Shown here piece by piece: positions 56,446 through 64,000 of a stretch of DNA of 64,000 nt. The position numbers and the translations under genes were made by a program. The stretch comes from Pirellulales bacterium (GTDB lineage: Bacteria > Planctomycetota > Planctomycetia > Pirellulales > S012-138): assembly GCA_028066245.1 (NCBI GenBank), contig JALCBR010000001.1:24184-88183 (forward strand). Direction: 5' to 3'. Within the stretch, counting starts at the first letter, position 1; each line of letters starts with the position of its first letter. Under the pieces are notes generated by a model. That model was not told the DNA's origin and made no database searches. It saw nothing but the letters and a program-made list of their open reading frames with translations.

Positions 56446-59396
56446 AAATCCAAGCACTCCGCGTGGAAAACTGGCGGAGCATCCGCCGGCTGGAACTGAA
56501 TGACCTTGCTGACGGTTTGAACGTCTTGCATGGCCCCAACGGCACCGGCAAGTCGTCACTGGTGGCGGCCATCCGTGCTTGCCTGCTGGATATCGATCAC
56601 GATAGCTCTTCCGCGGAAATTCGTTCAGCGGTTCCACACGGAACGTCCGACGTCCCAGAGGTGGCCGTTGAGTTTGAATCCTCCGGGAATGTTTATCGGA
56701 TTACCAAACGGTTTTCCGCTCGCAAAGACGGCTTTGCTTTGCTGGAGCGTTCAACCGGCTTTGGATGGAAGACGGAAATCGATGAATCCAAAGAAGCCGG
56801 ACGCCGAGTTCGCAGTATTTTGGGAACGCAAAGTTCGGCGGCAAACTGGTTTGGGCTCTTGTGGCTGAACCAAGGCGAGGCTGAGCTCAAGCCTGACGCA
56901 TTTGCCGATGGTGACTTGCGGACTTCCATCATCAATGCCTTGGGTGGCCTGGTGACGGCCCGCGATCGCGCGATTGAAAAGGCGCTCCAAGCGGCCGCTC
57001 GTCGCTGGCTGACTCCAACCGGCAAGCTGCGGTCCAAGTCGGCGTTGTCTGAACTGCAAAAAGTCAAGCTGCCCGAGGCCGAGCGCCGCGTGCAAGAACT
57101 CCGCGAGCAGCGTCGGCGGTTAGACGGATCGATTGCTCAAGTGGACGGATTGCGCCGCAGGATCGATCAACTCCAACAGCAGATTGCCGAAGCGGAGGAT
57201 CGCTGCGCTGCGCTTGCCGCAAAGCTGCGAGACTTCGCGCCGCAAGAAGAGAAACGCGCGGCATTGGAACGCCAGCTTGCCGCAGCGGTGGAGAAAGCAA
57301 ACTCACTGAGTCAAAGGTTGAATCACTGGCGCGAACTTGGCCAGCATACGAACGACGCCAAGCTGTTGGTGGAGAAAGCCAAAGCGCAGTTGGCCGCTGC
57401 GCTCAAGCGGCATGACACGCAACAGACCGAATTCGAAGCAGCCAAGAAACTCCACCAACGGGCGACAACTGACTTGCAAGCTCTGCGCGATCGTCGCGCT
57501 CAACTGGAGGCCTGCAAGCAACGCGCTCAAACCGAGGAGCTGCGACAGGATAACGCCAAACTGGTATCGCAACGTACCACTTTGGAGCAGGAGTTGACCT
57601 CGCTGGAATCCGACAAGAGTGATGCTCCTTCAGAAGATGAATTGAAGCGGTTGGCCGCGCGGTGGCGAGAGTTGCAAACTGCCGAAGCACGGCTGTCTGC
57701 GACGGCGGTAAACATGGAGCTGGTCCCAGACGCTCCATGTGATATCCGCGCGGAGATCGATGGGACGTCGACGGATTTCGAGCTTTCTTCGCAGCAAGAC
57801 ACCAAACGGAGTTTCCAAGGCAGCGCGGAGTTGCACTTGCCTGGTTGGGGGATCATCCGCTTGTCCCGGCAAGTGACCGCCGATGTGGAACGAGAACCGC
57901 AGCGAATCGCTGACGAACGCCAACGCTTGGAGGAGAGCATTGCTCAGTACTCAGAATCGCTCGCCAATGAGGATTGGTTGGGCCGACTCTCTGATCGTGC
58001 CATGCAACGTCAGGCGAGAGAGAGAAATATCGGACAACTCAAGCGCGATTTACACAAGCTCGAGCGAGACCTTGCAGCGCAGGAAGCAGCACTCACTCAA
58101 GCAGAACAGTTTCACCATGAAACACCGTCCGACTTGCATGCGGAAGAAGGAAGCGAAGCGCCTGTCAAGCTAGATCAAATCATTGCGGAGGTAGCGGAAA
58201 TTGACCGCGAATTGGCCGCCCAGGAAAACGCGGTGTCGACCGCGATGAGCGAGCAATCACAAGCAGAACAGGCATGGCGTTCCTCTGAACATGATGTCCA
58301 CCAACTCCGGCGTCAGCTTGCCGTGGCTGAGAATGACTTGCGCCACGGCCGCCTGCAGCAGGAGCAGTTCTCTATCCCGGGCGAGTCTCGTGAAGTTGTT
58401 TCCGCCCCAGAATCAGCGTCCACGGAGGCTCTCGACACCGTGGAATCCACCTTGCAAGCTCAGCTTGCCGCGGCTCAAGAACAGGTCAACCGGCTACGGG
58501 AGCAGGTCAGCGTTCTGCACCAACCGGCCGATACTCAGGGTTTGGTCGAGCAGGAATCGGCTGCCAAGGTTGCCCGAGAGGAGCTTCGCCGCCAACACCA
58601 GCAGGCGCGGGAAGAGTTGAGTGAGATGCGCGGCCGCATTGCCGCCAGCGAAGGGACGCATACGCAGTTGGCGGAAGCGGAACATACGTTGGAGTATCTG
58701 CAAGGGCGGGTTTCTCGCGAGCAGACGCAGGTGGAAGCGCACCGTTACCTGTTGCAGCTGTTTCAGGAATGCCGTCAAGGCGATGTCGCTGAGATGCTCG
58801 AACCGGTGAGCAAACTTGTCAGTCGCTGGGCAGTAGATGTGGGAATGGCCGGGATCAGCCACGTTCCCATTTCCAGTGAATTCCGTGTACCGCACGTGCA
58901 GGTCTCCCACGCAGGCGCTGAACACCAGCTGGACTTGGCGCAAGAGAGCCATGGAGCTGTTGAGCAGCTCAGCCTACTGGTCCGCCTGGCGATGGGAGGA
59001 ATCTTATCCGTCAATGAACCGCGCGTGATGCTCCTTGATGATCCGTTGGTCCATACTGACGCACGGCGCCAGGAGCAGATGCTTGCTGTGATGCAAGCGG
59101 CTAGCGGCGGAAACGTAAGCGGTGAGCCTGCATCTGGCCCGTTGCAGTTGATGATTTTGACCTGCCATCCGGAACGTTTCGCTTCTCTCGCCGATGTACG
59201 GACGATCGACCTGTTGACGCAGGGGCAGTTTCAATCGTCACCAGAGAAACATCCTGCTCAGGCAACGGAGAACAGTGATTCCGCGCCTAACACTGTGCCG
59301 CGTTCGCGTCGTCGCAAAAAAGCCAGCCAAGTGAAGAGTGCCGCGACGGTGGAAACCGGTGAGAAGTCGATCAACCAACGCGGCTTTTGGGATTAA
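56442..59396 (+). CDS. SbcC/Rad50-like SMC-type ABC ATPase (YhaN-like), no zinc hook
   Basis: The N-terminal Walker A is HGPNGTGKSS. About 650 aa of Glu/Gln/Arg/Leu-rich coiled coil contain no CxxC. The C-terminal motifs are signature-like AVEQLSLLVRLA, Walker B VMLLDDPLVHTD and H-loop LTCH. Confidence 0.8.
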   Translation: MKIQALRVENWRSIRRLELNDLADGLNVLHGPNGTGKSSLVAAIRACLLDIDHDSSSAEIRSAVPHGTSDVPEVAVEFESSGNVYRITKRFSARKDGFALLERSTGFGWKTEIDESKEAGRRVRSILGTQSSAANWFGLLWLNQGEAELKPDAFADGDLRTSIINALGGLVTARDRAIEKALQAAARRWLTPTGKLRSKSALSELQKVKLPEAERRVQELREQRRRLDGSIAQVDGLRRRIDQLQQQIAEAEDRCAALAAKLRDFAPQEEKRAALERQLAAAVEKANSLSQRLNHWRELGQHTNDAKLLVEKAKAQLAAALKRHDTQQTEFEAAKKLHQRATTDLQALRDRRAQLEACKQRAQTEELRQDNAKLVSQRTTLEQELTSLESDKSDAPSEDELKRLAARWRELQTAEARLSATAVNMELVPDAPCDIRAEIDGTSTDFELSSQQDTKRSFQGSAELHLPGWGIIRLSRQVTADVEREPQRIADERQRLEESIAQYSESLANEDWLGRLSDRAMQRQARERNIGQLKRDLHKLERDLAAQEAALTQAEQFHHETPSDLHAEEGSEAPVKLDQIIAEVAEIDRELAAQENAVSTAMSEQSQAEQAWRSSEHDVHQLRRQLAVAENDLRHGRLQQEQFSIPGESREVVSAPESASTEALDTVESTLQAQLAAAQEQVNRLREQVSVLHQPADTQGLVEQESAAKVAREELRRQHQQAREELSEMRGRIAASEGTHTQLAEAEHTLEYLQGRVSREQTQVEAHRYLLQLFQECRQGDVAEMLEPVSKLVSRWAVDVGMAGISHVPISSEFRVPHVQVSHAGAEHQLDLAQESHGAVEQLSLLVRLAMGGILSVNEPRVMLLDDPLVHTDARRQEQMLAVMQAASGGNVSGEPASGPLQLMILTCHPERFASLADVRTIDLLTQGQFQSSPEKHPAQATENSDSAPNTVPRSRRRKKASQVKSAATVETGEKSINQRGFWD

Positions 59397-59569
59397 CAGG
59401 CGTTGATTTATCGACGGACTGCGCGAATCCGAGGGATGAACTTCCCAGACGCTTTCTTGCTGGAACGGCAGGCATGCCAAAGTGGAAGCGTTTCCCATCC
59501 CATCATCATCGAATGCTGTTACACTTATCTTGTCGCTCGTCTTTACCTTCAGCCGACGCCAAACTTGCC

Positions 59570-59878
59570 ATGCCCAAACTTTCCTTCGCTGTGCCCCATA
59601 GTCTGACTCGTGAGGAAGCATCCGCTCGGTTGAAAAGCCTGCTGGAACGAGCCAAAGCCAAGAATCCGGACACAGAGATTCTGGAAGAAAACCTCGGCGA
59701 AACATCAGGGACGTTTGCCGTCAAAGCCAAGGGCTTTAAGGTCTCCGGTGGTGTGGAGATTGAAGACGACAAAGTACAAGTCAACCTGGACTTGCCGTTC
59801 ACTCTGATGATGTTCAAAGGTCGTATCGAATCGGAGATCCGCGGCGCCGCCGAGCGCGCGCTCAGCGCTGAAGCGTGA
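59570..59878 (+). CDS. polyhydroxyalkanoic-acid-system-like small protein (TIGR02610-like), tentative
   Basis: ATG at 59570. MPKLSFAVPHSLTREEASARLKSLLE..GFKVSGGVEIEDDKVQVNLDLPFTLMMFKGRIESEI matches the remembered family pattern. This is weakly supported. Confidence 0.5.
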   Translation: MPKLSFAVPHSLTREEASARLKSLLERAKAKNPDTEILEENLGETSGTFAVKAKGFKVSGGVEIEDDKVQVNLDLPFTLMMFKGRIESEIRGAAERALSAEA

Positions 59879-60016
59879 TTCGGACGGGCGCATCTTGCCC
59901 GTTGAGCTAGTGCACATGCTTGCCAACATGCACTGTTGTGGCTCTCCGATTGCTGCTCCGCTCGCCCGAACGGACGCTTTCAAGCCATCCTCCAAAGGAG
60001 GTCACGCACCCTGCCC

Positions 60017-60249
60017 TCAGGCGTACGGCCGAAATTGACATTGGTCAAGTTTGCAGGTGTTTTTGGCCGACATGCGCGCTGCCGAGCGCCATAGGAGGTT
60101 GATGGTAGCCATGCTACTGAACGTAACGTCAAGGTTGTCGGTGATGTTGTCGGTGCCGTTGCTGGTTAATTGCTGGGCATGAAGCGTTTGCGCCACTCCC
60201 CTGGAGGCGGGAAAAATTTGACCAATGTCAATTTGGCCCGTACGCGTGA
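60017..60249 (-). repeat. MITE-like element, copy B (inverted relative to copy A)
   Basis: The unit is the same 233 bp with the same terminal inverted repeats (TCAGGCGTACGGCCGAAATTGACATTGGTCAA ... TTGACCAATGTCAATTTGGCCCGTACGCGTGA). It is intergenic, downstream of two convergent genes. Confidence 0.8.
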
Positions 60250-60413
60250 GAGCAGGGCAGCGGGGAACGGCGCGGCAATTCAATCACGCGCCCCGCAAAG
60301 CGACTGGAAATGCCGACGAACAGAGCGCCATCAAGGGAGAGGGTGTCGGCCAGCGCCTCAGCAATATCCGCACTCATCAATGTTGGCGACGGAACATCAA
60401 CAAGAGAAGGGCT

Positions 60414-61862
60414 TTACGCCACATCTTCGCGTTCGTTGTGGGGTTCCTGCTGGCCCTGAGTGGACGCCGGAGTCCCGTTTCCGTGATGCGTGGCGCCGTT
60501 TTCTGTGGCATTGTTAGGGCTGCAATTTTCCGCAGTTGTGGTCAACGGTGGCGTGTGCTCGCGCACCAGCCCGCTCTGCTCGCGCACCTTGGCGACCAGG
60601 TGCTCCGGCAACCGGCAATGGATGACCACGCGGTCAGCCGTATCGTAATTGGTTGAGAAGATCTCTCCGTTGGCGGCCAGGAACGCTTGCAGCTTGCCAT
60701 TGTCAACGCCGGTCTCAACGTCCAATTCCAGGAACGACCTGCTGAGCGCATCGCTGACGGCATGTGCAAGTTGGTCCAGCCCATGCCCTTTGTGTGCGCT
60801 GATTGGAATGGCGCTGGGATAGCGATTCAGCAGACCGTCCAACTGAGCGCGACCAGCGACCCCTGGTGAGCCCAACTGATCGACCTTATTGAGCAACAGG
60901 AGCGTGTCCTTCTCCTCGATGCCGATTTCCTTGAGCACATCGTAAACAGCACTGATCTGCTGATAGGCTTCCAAATCAGAAGCATCCGCCACGTGCAGCA
61001 GTAGATTGGCCTGCCGCGCTTCCTCCAGGGTGGCTTTGAAACTGGCGATCAAAGAGTGAGGCAAATCGCGAATGAAACCAACCGTATCGGAAATCAGCAC
61101 GGGTCCCCAGCCAGGCAGAAACCAACGGCGCGTCCGCGTGTCAAGCGTGGCGAAGAGCTTGTCTTCAGCCTTCTCAGCAGCGCCGGTCAAACGGTTGAGT
61201 AGCGTGCTTTTGCCAGCGTTGGTATAGCCGACCAGCGATACAGTGCGGTGGCTGCGCCGCGCAGCAACTTGGCGTTCTTTGCGACGGTGCACGCCATCCA
61301 GTTCGCTCCGCAGGTCGTGAATGCGTTTCTCCACCAGCCGGCGGTCAACTTCCAGTTGTTTTTCACCCGGGCCGCGCATGCCGATGCCCATCTTCAACCG
61401 CGACAAGTGCGTCCACATCCGCTTCAGCCGCGGCAGGGAATATTCCAGCTGTGCCAGCTCAACCGCCAGACGAGCTTCATAGGTCTGGGCGCGGCTGGCA
61501 AAGATATCCAGGATTAACTCGGTCCGGTCCAGGACTTTGAGTTCCAGTTCTCTTTCCAGGTTACGCGTTTGGCTGGGAGAAAGGTCATTGTCAAAGATGA
61601 CAATGTCTGCGTCATGCGCGGCGGCCAGCAGTTTGAGTTCCTGCACTTTACCCTTGCCCAGATAAGTGGCCACCGAGGGCGTTTCTCGCTTTTGCGTCAG
61701 CCGCCCGACAACACGAGCTCCAGCCGTTCGCGCTAGGCCTTCAAGCTCATCGAGCGGATGGTTGCTGCCATGGTTGGGGCGGGAGTCTTGCTTGGGTAGC
61801 AGGACACCAACCAGAATCGCCGCTTCGCGCGCTACAGAATCCGCGCGTTCCAATTCTATCAC
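60414..61862 (-). CDS. hflX: GTPase HflX with a low-complexity C-terminal tail
   Basis: The HflX N-domain is present, with G1 GYTNAGKSTLLN, G3 DTVGF and G4 NKVD. A GTG at 61862 lies 9 nt after GGGAGA. The longest ORF reaches 61919. Confidence 0.9.
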   Translation of the reverse strand: MIELERADSVAREAAILVGVLLPKQDSRPNHGSNHPLDELEGLARTAGARVVGRLTQKRETPSVATYLGKGKVQELKLLAAAHDADIVIFDNDLSPSQTRNLERELELKVLDRTELILDIFASRAQTYEARLAVELAQLEYSLPRLKRMWTHLSRLKMGIGMRGPGEKQLEVDRRLVEKRIHDLRSELDGVHRRKERQVAARRSHRTVSLVGYTNAGKSTLLNRLTGAAEKAEDKLFATLDTRTRRWFLPGWGPVLISDTVGFIRDLPHSLIASFKATLEEARQANLLLHVADASDLEAYQQISAVYDVLKEIGIEEKDTLLLLNKVDQLGSPGVAGRAQLDGLLNRYPSAIPISAHKGHGLDQLAHAVSDALSRSFLELDVETGVDNGKLQAFLAANGEIFSTNYDTADRVVIHCRLPEHLVAKVREQSGLVREHTPPLTTTAENCSPNNATENGATHHGNGTPASTQGQQEPHNEREDVA

Positions 61863-62190
61863 TGAGTGCGTTCTCCCTGGTTGTCTCAACTTAACCACAC
61901 GCCAGCAGCGACGCCCCACTCGCTTCTATTCCTATTTTACCATCGATCTGAGATGGCGTCGCCGCGTGTCTTTGAGAATCCACCGGCATGTCCCATCCGC
62001 ACACTTTGCGAAAATCTGTCGTGGATTGCCTGTACCAACGTTGACACCTTCACCGCCGGCGGGTTCGGTGTGGGTGAATAATTGCTTTGCGGTTGGCCAT
62101 CGCGCATACGGCGCGGCGCCCAGCGGTAGCCGCGTATACGCTACAATTGCAACTCGCTCAAAGAGGTGAGGTGGATTACTCCAACCTATG

Positions 62191-62793
62191 CTATGACAAC
62201 CAGGGGGCAGCCTGTCCCCACGTGCCGCCGAAGACGAACTCTGACTGCGGCTTGCGTCCACGTTCACCGGAATCGCGGGAACGAATTGCTTCCGGAAGGT
62301 CTGTTCCGTCACCCAGATGGCCAATCGCCAAGCCTGTTAGGGCCTCGTAATCATCCGGAATCTGGAAGATCTCGCGCGCTTTGTCGGGCAAAATTCCAGC
62401 CATCTGGTGGACGAACAAATTGCGATGAGTAGCTTCCACCGTTAATGCCATCGAGGCCAGCCCAAGATCATGCTGGGCACACTTGTTGGGATTGCCATTG
62501 CGCGTGAAGTGGCGGCAATAGCACCCCAGCACTAAGACGGGAACGTGGCTTGCCCAGGCTTGATTGCCGTCAACCAAGCAGGAAAGGACTTGTTCGTGCT
62601 GCTGGGCATCTTCCTTTCTCGCCGCGATATAGAACCAAGGTTGCTCATTGTAAGAAGACGGAGCCCACCGGGCGGCCTCGAACAGGGATTGCAGCTCAAC
62701 ATCGGTGACAGGTTGATCTGAATACGCATAGGGGCTGTAGCGACGCGCGTGTAGATCCAAGATTGGGTGATCCGTATTGGCAGTTTTGGTCAT
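62191..62793 (-). CDS. nitroreductase family protein
   Basis: RRYSPYAYSDQPV..FEAARWAPSSYNEQPW is present. ATG at 62793 has AAGGAA upstream. Confidence 0.8.
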   Translation of the reverse strand: MTKTANTDHPILDLHARRYSPYAYSDQPVTDVELQSLFEAARWAPSSYNEQPWFYIAARKEDAQQHEQVLSCLVDGNQAWASHVPVLVLGCYCRHFTRNGNPNKCAQHDLGLASMALTVEATHRNLFVHQMAGILPDKAREIFQIPDDYEALTGLAIGHLGDGTDLPEAIRSRDSGERGRKPQSEFVFGGTWGQAAPWLS

Positions 62794-63145
62794 AGCGTTC
62801 CTTTTTACGGCTGGTGACCTGTCTTCGGTAAGGTGCTGTTCACCCTTTATCATTGCAGGAATCGTGCGGCGAGAAAATAAATTCGAGCACAGCTGCTGAA
62901 CAATGCCTCAAAGTGCGCAAACAGGGCAGAGTTCTCTGGTGATCTCTTGCATGAGCACCGCTGACAGATCAAGACTCTCGCTTGTGTTCATTCGGAGGGG
63001 CTTTGTGTTTCTCTTGTGGTGAAACACAGTTTTCGCTTTTTCTGTAACGCCCCGACGCCTCCAACGCTTGGATGCTCAGTGAGAGTTGGCCGTCAGTGCC
63101 AACCAGAAAAATGCGACACACCCTTTCCCATGTGGAGAAGACAAC

Positions 63146-63391
63146 ATGACCACGCTCAAGAAAATGGCTCTTGTGGCCGCGATTGCCCTGACCAGCATGT
63201 TCGCTGTGAACGCGACGAACAGTACTGCGGAAGCCGGCGGACATCAGTATTGGGGTGGCTACAAGTTCAACTACGGTTGCCACTCGTACTACAACCCTTA
63301 CATCTACAAGCAGTACTACTACAAGCCGGTTTACAAGGTCTATAGGCCGTTCTACCCCGTGTACCCGGTCTACGGCGGTTACTATTGGTAA
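63146..63391 (+). CDS. 81-aa secreted tyrosine-rich micro-protein
   Basis: GGAGAAG lies 6 nt before the ATG at 63146. The signal peptide is MTTLKKMALVAAIALTSMFAVNA... The mature part is GGHQYWGGYKFNYGCHSYYNPYIYKQYYYKPVYKVYRPFYPVYPVYGGYYW. A strong terminator hairpin follows. Confidence 0.65.
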   Translation: MTTLKKMALVAAIALTSMFAVNATNSTAEAGGHQYWGGYKFNYGCHSYYNPYIYKQYYYKPVYKVYRPFYPVYPVYGGYYW

Positions 63392-63451
63392 ACAACGGCC
63401 ATGAATGACACCCACCCTGGCGAAGTCCCCAGCTCGCTTCGCCACGCAACG

Positions 63452-63481
63452 GAAGCCGTCGAACGAAAGTTCGACGGCTTC
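63452..63481 (+). terminator. stem-loop terminator after the Tyr-rich gene
   Basis: A perfect 13-bp stem, GAAGCCGTCGAAC / GTTCGACGGCTTC, carries a GAAA loop. A second 7-bp hairpin (GGCGAAG..CTTCGCC) lies just upstream. The U-tract is weak. Confidence 0.55.
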
Positions 63482-63635
63482 TCGTGTTAAGGAGGTCCCT
63501 GTCCCGCAGCAATGACATGGAGCGTGTAAAGCCTACAATGGTGAAAGCGTTGAGCCGATCCAGTCAACCTGCTTCATGATCAGACGGCTTTTGCGAGAAC
63601 GTGACATTGACTCTTGTCGCACCGCCAGCATCCAG

Positions 63636-64000
63636 ATGAATTACTTTGCCCATGGGCGTTCCTTTCTTGCTGCCCCGTACTTTCTCGTGGGAACAGCGGT
63701 ACCGGATTTGATTCGCGTGGCGGCGCGGAAATCGCGCGTTCGCGAGAAGCACGCGCAGGAGTTTCTGGCGGATGAGAATCCAGCCGTTGCGGCGATTGCC
63801 GCAGGGATTGCGCAGCATCACGTGGATGATGCCTGGTTTCACAAGACAAGCGTTTTCGCGCAACTCTCGTTGGAATTCACTGTGCTTGCCCGGAACGCAT
63901 TGCCGGATGATGAAGGTTTCCGGCCCAGTTTCTTGGGGCATATCTTGGTGGAGTTGCTACTGGATTCTGCGTTGATCGCGGAGAACAAATCACAACTGGA
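63636..64000 (+). CDS. ACP phosphodiesterase (AcpH/DUF479)-like protein, 3'-partial
   Basis: This ORF is absent from the ORF track because it runs off the window. ATG at 63636 gives MNYFAHGRSFLAAPYFLVGTAVPDLIR..GIAQHHVDDAWFHKT..FLGHILVELLLD, matching the AcpH pattern (MNFLAHL..G...HR.iD). Confidence 0.65.
   Translation, partial: MNYFAHGRSFLAAPYFLVGTAVPDLIRVAARKSRVREKHAQEFLADENPAVAAIAAGIAQHHVDDAWFHKTSVFAQLSLEFTVLARNALPDDEGFRPSFLGHILVELLLDSALIAENKSQL

Noticed and set aside
63564-63941. A 125-aa minus-strand ORF near the window end.
   Set aside because: The opposite strand from ATG 63636 encodes a recognisable AcpH-like protein running off the window. The minus ORF is its antisense shadow.
1-64000. 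A window-wide look for CRISPR arrays, rRNA genes, tmRNA and RNase P RNA.
   Set aside because: I saw no regularly spaced direct repeats and no rRNA-like or tmRNA/RNase P signature sequences by eye. Absence is not proven without covariance-model scans.

Overview
By gene content this looks like a planctomycete (Pirellulales-like) chromosomal segment. That call is an inference, resting on a DUF1549/DUF1553 + DUF1501 gene pair, a DUF11-repeat surface protein, a sulfatase-fold protein, several ECF sigma/anti-sigma genes and many genes without a clear Shine-Dalgarno site. I support about 55 protein-coding genes and two tRNAs: Thr-CGT and a non-canonical Lys-CTT. I saw no rRNA and no CRISPR array.

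Housekeeping blocks:
- A minus-strand Fe-S assembly block, sufR-nuoB-sufC-sufB-sufD-Rieske-sufT (17.7-24.1 kb).
- An amino-acid uptake cluster (24.4-28.5 kb): an NSS transporter with an untracked 53-aa micro-subunit, an AGCS symporter and a USP.
- carB, rluD, folD, rdgB and hflX.

Mobile or decayed DNA:
- A truncated tyrosine integrase sits directly after tRNA-Thr and is interrupted by an internally deleted IS3/IS407-like element (43.5-44.1 kb).
- A second copy of the same IS end lies in scrambled debris at 1.14-1.35 kb.
- A 233-bp MITE-like element with about 30-bp terminal inverted repeats occurs twice, at 38.3 kb and, inverted, at 60.0 kb.
- A sigma-4-only ECF remnant lies at 30.5 kb.

Best candidates for something undescribed:
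- A short ParB/Srx-fold protein followed by an ABC-ATPase::GNAT fusion (12.8-14.7 kb).
- An orphan Topo VI-A/Spo11-type gene nearby (9.95-11.16 kb), convergent with a NADAR-LOG pair.
- A hookless SbcD/SbcC-like pair (55.2-59.4 kb).
- An orphan nuoB inside the suf block.
- A BchI-like AAA+ ATPase followed by a sulfatase-fold protein that lacks the nucleophile motif.
- A 33%-tyrosine secreted micro-protein.

All family assignments come from motif recognition by eye. No searches were run.
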